Below are positions 52,976-64,000 of a DNA stretch of 64,000 nt, piece after piece. Origin of the DNA: Octopus sinensis. Taxonomy: Eukaryota. The stretch's first letter is position 1; each line of letters begins with the position of its first letter. The DNA lies in the NCBI RefSeq assembly GCF_006345805.1, contig NC_042997.1:73842001-73906000 (forward strand). The letters are read 5' to 3'. The position numbers and the translations under genes were made by a program. The notes beneath the pieces were generated by a model, which saw only the letters and a program-made list of their open reading frames with translations, was not told the origin of the DNA and made no database searches.

Positions 52976-53351
52976 TTCGAAAAAAAGGTAAAATTTATTT
53001 AAATTTCAAACAGATGAAAAACAGAACTATGAGAAAAACATAAACACATACAATAAAAATATTTGTACAACCCATTATCTGCCAATTATCTATTACATCT
53101 ATCTTTCAGACTTCTGAATAACTCAAAATTCTCATCATTATACACAGTTCATCTTTTCTCATAATACTTCTGAGGTTTACACAAAGTGCTTATGCAAAAT
53201 AATATTTATATGATCATAATGTAGTCGTCATCGAAACGTGTGAAAAGATCTTATTTGTAAATAATTTCACACTATATTCTCCACTAGTAAATATATATAA
53301 ATACGCGCGCACACACACACATTTATGTATGTAGGTATGTATGTATTATGC

Positions 53352-53383
<32 letters not shown>

Positions 53384-53393
53384 ATTTATATAC

Positions 53394-53428
<35 letters not shown>

Positions 53429-55370
53429 ATATATATATATAATATATATATATAAGTATAATGCACTTGAAACCATGAATACATAAATAATAATGCAAAC
53501 CCACTCAAGCACCTATAACCATAGATTGAAATACAGACAAAAGTGGTAATAAATACAAAGTCATGGGTGATCATACACATACTAATAATGTATAAGTCTT
53601 AAAAAGTTCAAGCACCGAAGTAAAGGTTCATTATTTTCTGAATATCTTCTGTATCAGCTATAAGATTACAATCGTCAGCACTCAAATCGCGAACAAGAAT
53701 TATAAAGGTCTTTGATTTAGTTTTGAGATGACTCAGATTAAAAGTTTACCTGTTGTGAGATAGCGAACAAATATATCAAGATCACAATACTTAAATGTAC
53801 GAGTAATCACAACGGCACAGTAAATTTAGAATAGTCAAATATGAATTAGTTTATCTATATGTGTATAAATATCAATTTAGTTGACACGTAATCCTTCTTT
53901 TGTATGTTACTTAACCTAAATATTTGTTCGTTTTAGTTTTATATTTGTTTAGTTTTATATTTGTTTCTAGAATATATACTTTACTTCATACAACTTTTTC
54001 CCCTTATTCTATTTTACCTTCTATTTTATAAGGCAGTTTCCTACCCTTTAGTGAGTAGATGTTTTATATATACTTTGCATGAATTTTTAACTTGTTTTTC
54101 GTGTTGTATTAAGATTTTACCTCCACCATCCGTTTATCTTTTAAGTACACATCTACAGATTCTGTAACTTCCCTGAATAATATGCTTGTATATTATATGG
54201 TATGCCCTTGTAGCCAATAAATTAATCATTTTAATTATTATTACTATTGACAGAGTTCACAGGAAAAAATAACTTTTGCCTAGGTTACCTATGAGAATGC
54301 TGTCTATTTTGTTGCTGTTTTTTCGCTAGCATAAGGCTTCGAATATCTAAACATCAAACCCATTCCCTAACATAGAAAAGAATGTTCCTTCTTAATCATT
54401 TTAATTGTGTACATATATTTTTGCAATGTCATTTCGCTTTCTTCAGTGTGACTGCTTTCATATAAGGGAGATTAGATGCTAGCACAATGGTGATTACGGC
54501 TCAAAATTTTTTCCAGATGTGATGGGAAATTAAAACCACATCGGGAAAAAAACAAATAGATAAAATTTGAGAAGCACAAATGAAAGTTGCTGAAAACGCA
54601 AATTTAATCAAAACTCACAAAAGTAGTTACAACAGCAGCTCACCTTTTAGTGTCGTAGACCAAAAACATATTTTAGATACGAGTCAACTTCAGATAAAAG
54701 AAGTATATGAGAGGCATGATAGGAAAAGAGAATGCCTCTCTTCCCGAGAAATTTACTACAGGAAGAAAACGGATGGGTTCTCGATATGCCAGAGAGAGAT
54801 TTGAGGGATACCTAACCAATGTAAAACAGTATGAATGTTTCCACAGCAGCTGTAGAGAATGCGAAAATGATGACTATATAATTTAGCTAAAAAGTTGATA
54901 GAACTACCATAAATGGTTTATATTCATCTTTGTTGCACGGTACAGGCATGTCATGAAAAAGCAAAGATGATCCAAAACCAAGTGGGATCGAGTGATATTT
55001 CCGTAGACATCCAGGTCCTGGTTACCTCAAAGACTACAAATTCTCCTTCAATTACACTACATAGTGGAGCGAACACAAGGTCGATATGATGAGTGCTACA
55101 AAGCAGAAAACCCAACTGTATGTGTAAAACAAAGATCTACTTTAGGGTCTTCTATCCTTAGAAGAAAAAAGAGAAGGTAAGAAAAGATTATGAGAGACCA
55201 CAGGAAAGGCAGCACCGAAAACGGCAATTTTCTGACATGAAAATCGTTCCACATCACGGTCTGTTCCCTCCGAGGATAGCAAAAGAAGAAGTAAAAAAAT
55301 AAAAACCACTTTAGTCTCAATACCATAAGTATTTGCGGCCGACAAAGTAGAGCACCGAGGAACCAAGGGA

Positions 55371-55532
55371 TTCTTCTTCTTCTTCTTCTTCTTCTTCTTC
55401 TTCTTCTTCTTCTTCTTCTTCTTCTTCTTCTTCTTCTTCTTCTTCTTCTTCTTCTTCTTCTTCTTCTTCTTCTTCTTCTTCTTCTTCTTCTTCTTCTTCT
55501 TCTTCTTCTTCTTCTTCTTCTTCTTCTTCTTC
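55371..55532. repeat. (TTC)54 microsatellite; other tri/tetranucleotide tracts at 26850-27060, 29030-29115, 48010-48090, 50545-50640, 51635-51777, 58322-58392, 63603-63675
   Basis: Directly visible. Confidence 0.97.
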
Positions 55533-57332
55533 AGCACAAAGCCACTCTGAACTACGGATGGAAGCTGAAGAAATATGGTCATCCTTCGGGTACCGTAAAC
55601 AAAAATTAAAGAAGGCGAAAATAGAACGAGTCAAAGATAGAGGCAAGTCGGATGCTGAAAGTCCACTAACAAGCTTCGCCTAAAGCTTGGAGTGCATAAA
55701 TTTCACAGCTGATCGAATTAATAGCGAAACTCTCATGAAACTGTTGAATAACCCAGAGTGGAAAGCGAAGAATTCTATCATGATTGAAAAGAAGATAGCG
55801 GATGAGTAAACTGAAACTTCAAATAAACGACTGTTGTTAAAAACCAAGCCAACAATCTATCTCTAGAGCTAAGAAAGCAGCCTTCCGATGATACCGATTT
55901 TTTTCACGGTTCGGGTAAAGGCGAGAAATTCCTCGGAAGTTTCTGTTGATAAAAGGGTGTCTTGGCAGAGGTGGGTTTGGTGTAGTAGGATGCCGTGACT
56001 CAACTTAGGTTACGACTTCTCACCTCTTTGTGAATGGTTTGCCTTAATTTGTTTTGCATATTGAGAGTCCTTTCAGCTTAGATCCGGTCAAAGAAATAAA
56101 GTTTGTCCTAATCTTTTGTATTTCTATAGACAGATGTTGATTTAATTTAACTTAAATTATTACTTTTCATTAGTGCAATTTATTTAAAGTAATTTAAGAT
56201 GACTTCTTTTTCTGGGATAGCAGCAGAAGTCGATGGCCACATGTATGTTATCAACTGATATTCCGCAAGTATTTCGAGAATATTGAAACTTTTTTAAAAC
56301 TTAGACCCGGACTTCGAACAATGGCAAACAAAAGATTATGATTATTCATCTATGCACAATTGTGCAAAAGATTATCATTAACATATTGCATTACAAGCAT
56401 ACATGTAGAGTTTGACAAAATCTCGACAAGGAAGATAATAACAAACATAGCACATCCTTTTCCAATGATGCAGGAAAGAAAATTATGTTTATATCTCCTC
56501 TTTGCCTAGATGAAGGTATCGAGAAAAGATTGAGGAGGAAAGTGATTTACTTCTCTATAACTTGAAAACAGAAAAGATTTCCATATGACTTCAATGGAAC
56601 GCTTAAAAGAAGTCCGGGTTGATGTGTGCCGCAATGTGCTCACACGATTGGGAAGGGGATCAAGTATCTGGTTTTCAAAAAGCATGACCAAAGCGAGGTG
56701 ATAGGTGACGTTGGTGCTCCACACATCTTCCCACAAAATATGAAAAGACAAGAGTCATGGCTAAAGATAGTTGTTCCTTAGCTCCTCGTCTTATTTTCAG
56801 TGTAGTCAGATAAAATGCATGGAGGTGACACACAAAGACATGTAATCGCATAGATTTGCATTAACGTGTAATTCTTGATGACTCCTGAAGACCACAGGCT
56901 ATCTCGGGGCTGTATTCTGTTGTAAAGGCACAAACAATCAGAGTAATGATGCAAGACAGTAAACCAAGTTGTTGCATGTCCAAGCAATAAGATCCACTTG
57001 AGAACATCCTATCTAGAAGAGGAGTAACTAGAGCAGTGGGTAAATAACAGAAGCAGTAATAGGCCTCAGAAGCACATGCATCCAGAGCATTGTCGTATGC
57101 AGATGCGACAATATCAAAATATTTTTTCCTCCCAGAACCAGAAGCAGAAGCGAAGAAGTTGAAAAGTTCACTTTATTGGTCACACCAATTGTATCTCTCT
57201 ATAGTCTTGTGAGGATGCTAATAAAAATAGACGATGAACAATGGAGACAAACTTTCGGTGATAGAAAGTACACGGCAAAACCGAATTCGATCAGGACTGA
57301 GCAATCATTGTTATATTAGTGCTTAAACCAAG

Positions 57333-57615
57333 TGAAGGCGCGTGACTTAGTGGTTAGGGGCATTCGGTTCATGATCGTAAGGTTGTGAATTCAATTCACG
57401 GTGACGCGTTGTGTCCTTGAGCAAGACACTTTATTTAACGTTGCTCCAATCCATTCAGCTGGCAAAAATGAGTAGTACCTGTATTTCAAAGGGCCAGTCT
57501 TGTCACACACAGGGTTCACGTGTTTGTGGAGTGCTCAGTCACTTGCACGTTAATTTCACGAGCAAGCTGTTCCGTTGATCGTATCAGCTGGGAGCCTCGT
57601 CGTCGCAACCGGCGG
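57333..57615 (+). mobile_element. tRNA-derived SINE with 15-bp TSD
   Basis: A box TGACTTAGTGG, degenerate B box, GTGTCCTTGAGCAAGACACTT; TSD AGTGCTTAAACCAAG at 57318-57332 and 57616-57630. Confidence 0.85.
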
Positions 57616-58318
57616 AGTGCTTAAACCAAGCATTATAAAATACTTCCTTTTCTCTCCTTACTATCATCATTATCAGCAGCAGTATAAGTAGCAGCATTTC
57701 TATGTGTTATGATATATATGCCTTAGAGGGAGAAAAAGGGACAGAGAGATTGAATAAAATGGAAGTATATGTGCCTGTATGTGTGCACGTATTTATGTTT
57801 GTTTGTATATATGTGGTGTGGAGCAGTACTGTAAGACCATATTGGGCAATAACCCAGTGTATTATCCATCAATCAACACGAACTCACTCCTGACTATCTG
57901 CACTTTTAAACTGATATTCGACTTTAAAGAAGTTCATTGGTGGGGGGACTCTAGGTGCTTCTTACCTCTGGTAAAATTGGTAAAAGTAGATTATAAACCT
58001 AGGAAGACGCTGAAGAGTCAATGTGGTGCAAGTTTCAATGTTTCTCAATCGGGGTCAATATGACCCTTGGGTCATATATAAGATTTTTTATTGTTAAAAT
58101 TTATGTGCAATAAATTGCTTATAGTTCTACTATACTTGACACAATTCCTACTATTTAATTATAAAAATACTGTAGGGTACTTTTTATGGCATTCTTTCGT
58201 TTCAAGCAGCAAAGTTGTGAACCCGATCATATGATTGTTAATTTCTGTAAATTTTTTTTTATTTCTTTATACACATACAAATCCCGAAAGCATTTTTGTC
58301 TTCCACAACTGGTACGAA

Positions 58319-58351
<33 letters not shown>

Positions 58352-59871
58352 TGTATGTATGTATGTATGTATGTATGTATGTATGTATGTATGCATGCAT
58401 GTAAACAGGGGCAAGTAAAAAATTATATGCACTCTTGTTTTTGTAATCTATTAAAACAAAAGCAGAGATTGAAATATTACATCATTTTCCGATATAATCT
58501 CCTTACTTTTCTATGCACTTCTTCCAGCGGTCCTCAAGCTCGTTTAGTCAGTAGCAAGTCGATGTCCTCGTGAATGATGTTTGAGCATTCGAAAGAGGTA
58601 ATGGTCGAAGAGACAAGATCTGGACTACATTTTTCAATAGTGTGAACTGAAAGATGTCGTAACGCGTGATAGCATTATATCATTGCTTAGTTCAATAATT
58701 TGCTAATTAGCAATTAAATTATAAACAAATACTTATTATGGATGCGTGCGCCTGTGTTTGCATGTAATTGGTTTAATTGCATACATAGTGAAGGATGGGT
58801 AATATTTTTCACATTGAGAGTACATCTTTCAAGAAATCCTTTTCCAATAAAGCTTTTTAAAATTTCAAGCAATATTTTATAGGATAAAACAAGAAAGCAA
58901 CAACAACTCTGTAATCCTACTCCGCCTCCTCCTCCTCATCATCGTCATCATCATCGTCATCACCTCATCGAATAACCAGCTATCTTAATGCACTGTGTGT
59001 AGTTAATAACAATATAGACAAATATAATACTCATTAAAAACTCTATGGTGTCTCAAATCGCTTTCAGATTTTTCTTGAAAAAAACATATAATTGGCATTA
59101 TTATTAGTTTTGCTGTCGTTGTCATTGTCGATTGCGCTATCGATATTACTGCAGTTTTCTGTGTATCGTATTGCAGTTAGAATAACATTCATTTACACAG
59201 ACACACACACACACACACACACAACACACACACACACGCATAAATGCGTGTGTGTAAACATGCTTGTATATGTTTATACATATGTAATCATATATCTCTT
59301 TCTTACTTTCTTTCTCACTCTTTCTCTTTCTCTATATGTGTGTGTGTTTTTGAGGGTGTGTTTACGCCTATGTGTACGCACACACACACATACACAGAAA
59401 ATACTTATGTAAACAGGCATATAAGCTGAACGGTTTGAGTGTTGAATTAAATACCACTCAGTTGTATTTGTTCTGACTCAACGCGCTCTGAGTTCAAATC
59501 CAGATAAAAATCAACTTTGTCTTCCATGATTTTAAGGTTGATAAAAAACGTTATCGTTCCAGGGCAAGAAGATCGGCAGCAGCATTGTTAGAACAGGATG
59601 CGGTGTCTTATAGTTTTTGTTCTAGCTCTGCGCATTCTAAATTCATGTTCTTCTCTGTCACCGAAAACTGGTAACATTACTGTTAAAATTACGACTGAAA
59701 GCTACTATTAGCAATTGGAAAAACCAATAGAAACATAAATTTCCTTGGTTTAATCGAAAGATCGACTTTATCAGATCCTTCCTGAACTTTGTCCATAGTG
59801 TCCAAGGCGTCCATAGTGTCCAACTTTGTCCAAGGCGCAGGCGTGGCTGTGTGGTAAGTAGCTTGCTAACC

Positions 59872-61993
59872 TCTAACGTGTTCGGACGTGTTTTTTTGGC
59901 TGCTCTAGTTGCCACGTGCTTCGACGTGAAATGTTGAATTATTGACTCGACTAAAGGTAGGAATTTTGTATTTTTGCGAGCGAAGTGAATTTTATTGCTC
60001 GCATTTAATGTTTTTTAACATTTAATATTTTTTAGCGGGTAATAAACTCTACTTTGCTCCGGAGATGTATTTTATCTGCCTGTGGTCGAGTATAAAGTCT
60101 TACTTTGTAGTGAGAATTGTGTTTTTTTGAGGAGGCATAGCCCCACCTCAAAAATTAACGTGTGTAATTGCCTTTGTTTTCGGATATACCAACGGAGTAC
60201 CAAGAATATTAACACAAGTGGATTACCAGTGGCCTGGAATACCTTTTTGGCCGGGAAAAAAGAAGAAAAAAAATAATAACAATTCCTTTGCCTGGATTTG
60301 AACTCTCTTCTGCTATCTTTAATTTTAAAAAAAAAAAATTTTTTTTTGAACTGCTGTTTCTAATTTTGTTTCTTCCCTTCTGTTCTGTTTTTATTCTCCT
60401 TTTTTTTGTCTATTTATTTTTATCACGTTGAACTATTTTTTGAACTTTTGTTATGGCAAAGGAGTTAACCATATGGGAGTTGACACCTCCGAAAAGTTAT
60501 CTGAAGGAGCTGGAGGATAAGACCGTGGTACTGAGGACTTATTCAAAGTCGCTCAACACCATCACGGTCTTTCCGAAGGCAAAAATAATTGAAGAGCTGG
60601 CAGATTATATGCCAGCCGTAAAATACATTACATGGGGAGCCATATACGCAACGGTTTGGTTGCTGTTTGACTCCCCAAAAGCTGCTTGCGATTTTGCAAG
60701 CAAGCCCATTGAGGGCAAAGAAATCTTGTTTCTCCCTAGTTACAAGGGAGAAAAATTAATAAGATTATGGATCTGCGGCCTGCCACCCGGCATTGAACCC
60801 GAGTGGATGGAAGACTCTATCCGCCGGGGTCTGGGTGGTAGTAGCGCTAAGATCCTAAATGTTAGGATACAGCCTGCGGCTGATTGGGAGGGGTCAAAGG
60901 CTACTTTGACCCTATGGACCCAGTCAGCCAAAAGTCTAGTTTTGCCGGACTTCTTGAGGATGGCCGGGTCCAGGTATCCGGTGATGCTTGAGGGACGCCC
61001 CCACCCCAAGTGTCACCTATGCCTGGAGCCTGGACATATCAAGAGGAAGTGTCCCGGGGGCCGTGGTGCTGCCCCGGAGCATGAAAAGGAAAAGGTGCCC
61101 GCCGCTCTCTCATTGGAGGGGGAGACGGTGGAAGTCGTGGAGGAAGTTGCCTCCACGAAAAGAAAAAGACAGGTGAGCAACAATGGTTGCTCACCAAAGA
61201 ACGTACAGACGGAGGAGGAGGATAGCGAGCCCCTGCGTCTGCCGAAGGAGCACCCCGGGCTAGCAGCCTCAAAAAAAAAGAGGAAAAAGAGAATAAGAGG
61301 TCGGACGACTGACGTTTCTGTGTCGCCGACGGAGCCGCGGGTGGGATGTGTGCCACCCGCGGACAGGGCTCCGTCAGTGGGAAGTGTGCCACTGACGGAT
61401 CAGTGTGATGTCCCTTCCTGTGAAGAGGAGTTGTTTCTCCTCCTTTACCACAAGGGAGGGAAGGTGGAAAAGTTTTTAAATGGCTTGGGTGACCGAGAAC
61501 GCAAGGACACGGTCGGCTCAAGGAGTCCGTTATGGCCTCCGCGGGTAGCTGCGGAGGTAGCAACGGAAAACATTTTGTCATGGGTCACAGAGACCTTTGA
61601 GAGGAAACATTTTACTTTTCTCTTTGCAGGCCTCGACTTGTCGTCGCAGAGTTGTCTGCAGGCGGCAAGACAATTTGCTTCGGGGACCTGACAGGGAGAA
61701 TTTTTGTGAAATCATATACTGCCCTTGTGGCAAAAGAAATGAAAGAAGGAACTTTGTAAGAGGTTTTAGTGCCTCCTTCGAGTAAGAGGTCTGCAACCTC
61801 ATGTCGATTTACTGAAACTAAAGAAAATTTAACTTATTGAAAAAAAGAACAATGTCTTAGAGAAGCGGAAGTCGGCGGGCGCTTTCGTCTTCTCCCATCA
61901 TCATCTTCACTTCATCACCATCATTCATTAATGTCTATGTCCAGCCCGTAGCTACTATCTGTGTACTGCCCTTGTGGCAAATTAAATGATATA
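59872..61993 (+). mobile_element. 2122-bp ORF1-only non-autonomous retroelement with 16-bp TSD
   Basis: TSD AAGTAGCTTGCTAACC at 59856-59871 and 61994-62009; single long ORF; no RT or endonuclease; 3' stem-loop TGCC-CTTGT-GGCA. Confidence 0.88.
60453..61691 (+). CDS. Intact 412-aa gag/ORF1-like protein (RRM-like region, CCHC knuckle, basic NLS-like stretch)
   Basis: ATG to TGA uninterrupted; LTPP, KTVVLR, YITWG, ATVWLLFDS, FLPSYKGEK, GLPPG, LEGRPHPKCHLCLEPGHIKRKC (CX2CX4HX4C), KKKRKKRIRGR. Confidence 0.85.
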   Translation: MAKELTIWELTPPKSYLKELEDKTVVLRTYSKSLNTITVFPKAKIIEELADYMPAVKYITWGAIYATVWLLFDSPKAACDFASKPIEGKEILFLPSYKGEKLIRLWICGLPPGIEPEWMEDSIRRGLGGSSAKILNVRIQPAADWEGSKATLTLWTQSAKSLVLPDFLRMAGSRYPVMLEGRPHPKCHLCLEPGHIKRKCPGGRGAAPEHEKEKVPAALSLEGETVEVVEEVASTKRKRQVSNNGCSPKNVQTEEEDSEPLRLPKEHPGLAASKKKRKKRIRGRTTDVSVSPTEPRVGCVPPADRAPSVGSVPLTDQCDVPSCEEELFLLLYHKGGKVEKFLNGLGDRERKDTVGSRSPLWPPRVAAEVATENILSWVTETFERKHFTFLFAGLDLSSQSCLQAARQFASGT

Positions 61994-62771
61994 AAGTAGC
62001 TTGCTAACCAGCCACATGGTTCCGGGTTCAGTCCCACTGCGTGGCATCTTGGGCAAGTGTCTTCTGCCATAGCCCCGGGCCGACCAATGCCTTGTGAGTG
62101 GATTTGGTAGACGGAAACTGAAAGAAGTCTGTCGTATATATGTATGTATATATATATATATATGTGTGTGTGTGTATGTGTGTGTGTTTCTGTGTTTTGT
62201 CCCCCTAGCATTGCTTGACAACCGATGCTAGTGTGTTTACGTCCCCGTCACTTAGCGGTTCGGCAAAAGAGACCGATAGAATAAGTACTGGGCTTACAAA
62301 GAATAAGTCCCGGGGTCGATTTGCTCGACTAAAGGCGGTGCTCCAGCATGGCCGCAGTCAAATGACTGAAACAAGTAAAAGAGTAAAGAGTAAAAAGAGT
62401 GTAGCCGTTCATATAGTTGGCATTACTTGGCCATTCTCCCTAGTGCGCTTCCATATAGTATCAATACCACAGCCTCAAGATATAGCGGTGCAGCTACCTG
62501 ACAAAGTCAAAGTCCTGTCTCAACACGTAGACGTAAGAACAAAGAAAAGAACTGGTGGGAGTTGACCGGTGCTGCCTTAACTTCCAGAAGCTATCTTGAA
62601 TTTATCATGTATCCCGTTACGAAATTCCAGATGTCTGACTAACCAGATTCATTGCATGAAAATATACATAAGAAGTTTGCTTCCCAACCACATGGTTCTG
62701 GGTTACACACACACACACACACATGCACGTGTGTGTGGGTGTGTGGGTGGGTGGGTGTGGGTGGGTGGGTG

Positions 62772-62815
<44 letters not shown>

Positions 62816-62869
62816 TGCTTTTAACTATTTCCGAATGACCTGCAGAAATTATTTATTAAAAGTGATCTG

Positions 62870-63075
62870 TACCGCACATTAGCTCACTCTCTTTATCAAA
62901 TCGTTGCTGCCTGAACAGGTACACGATGTGCCTCGTGTCAGGTGTCGAAGTAATCCTGAGGCAACGTGAGGTGAAATGTTTTGTTCAAGAACACAACGTA
63001 CCACTCAGTCTAGGAATTGAAATGACGATCGCGATATCGTGAGTGCAACACCCTAACCACTAGGCTATTCGTCCT
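62870..63075 (-). mobile_element. Degenerate tRNA-derived SINE
   Basis: Minus strand begins GAGGACGAATAGCCTAGTGGTTAGGGTGTTGCACTCACGAT..ATTTCAATTCC..GTGTTCTTGAACAAAACATTT. Confidence 0.6.
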
Positions 63076-63111
63076 CACATATATATATATACATACACAC
63101 ACACACACACA

Positions 63112-63197
<86 letters not shown>

Positions 63198-63208
63198 TTA
63201 CACACACT

Positions 63209-63244
<36 letters not shown>

Positions 63245-63627
63245 AGTTTCGGATGCCGAGGTGGAAATCCGCGCCGCCATCTCTTCAGTTATCCGACCAT
63301 CGGAAAGATACTATGAAAAATGACCGTTTGGGAAATTACTGTGTAATTGACCGTTATTAAGATAAAAGAGCTATTTGAATGACCGCTAAGTGAGAGGAGG
63401 AAGTAAAAGTAAAGGGGTAAAAAGTTCATAGTATTCGCGTGAGCGTGCATGTTCATACCTACACATGCGCGCTTGCACACCCACGTGCATGCGCCTAAAT
63501 GTATACATTCATTCACCCTCACTTGAAACGTACACATCCTCACTCGCACTATTCGCCAAACACACACATACATATATATATAGAGAGAGAGAGAGAAAGA
63601 GAGATAGATAGATAGATAGATAGATAG

Positions 63628-63676
<49 letters not shown>

Positions 63677-63692
63677 TATATATATATACATA

Positions 63693-63737
<45 letters not shown>

Positions 63738-63875
63738 CATACACACACACACACATATATATATATACATACACACACACACACAACACACACACACACA
63801 TATATATATATACATACACACACACACACATATATATATATACATACACACACACACACATATATATATATACAT

Positions 63876-63912
<37 letters not shown>

Positions 63913-64000
63913 CATACACACACACACACATATATATATATACACAAACCTCACACACATACACACGCGCACCATAAAAGTTCATACCCACGTCTATATA

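Larger units (their letters stand above)
59833..62400 (+). mobile_element. Composite tRNA-derived SINE split by an insertion (5' part 59833-59871, remainder 61994-62400)
   Basis: GGCGCAGGCGTGGCTGTGTGGTAAGTAGCTTGCTAACC | ..AGCCACATGGTTCCGGGTTCAGTCCCACTGCG..; joining the halves restores A box to B box continuity. Confidence 0.9.

Noticed and set aside
56500-57000. Additional mariner remnant on the minus strand
   Set aside because: Only faint YHL..WSM-like similarity; too degraded to support.
61770-61815. Possible hammerhead in the trailer of the ORF1-only element (TTCGAGTAA-GAGG..CCTC)
   Set aside because: A stem II-like hairpin is present, but there is no GAAA, stem III or stem I.

Overview
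AT-rich animal genomic DNA, about 64 kb, saturated with microsatellites and transposable elements. The SINE families and (TA)n load look like an octopod cephalopod (inference). The only host gene I can support is the 3' end of a + strand class A neuropeptide GPCR: a TM7/NPxxY exon (15122-15212) splices in frame across a 31.5-kb intron to a terminal exon (46722-46940). The rest is Penelope-like elements (PLEs) of two lineages, an RTE LINE, an R4/Dong-like fragment, Tc1/mariner elements, SINEs, a Helitron-like repeat and simple repeats. Two patterns stand out. (1) Three very divergent gag/ORF1-like genes (RRM-like region, CCHC knuckle in two copies) occur with no reverse transcriptase. One lies in a ~1.5-kb directly repeated unit ending in a well-formed hammerhead ribozyme (1446-1505); another is an intact 2.1-kb insertion with a 16-bp TSD inside a SINE head. 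(2) About ten PLE-derived fold-back elements, from coding copies down to a pure 293-bp hairpin, carry outward-pointing hammerhead motifs with palindromic stem III, and hammerheads in the window show three Watson-Crick versions of the catalytic 3-8 pair. All structures and alignments were read by eye; no search or folding program was run.
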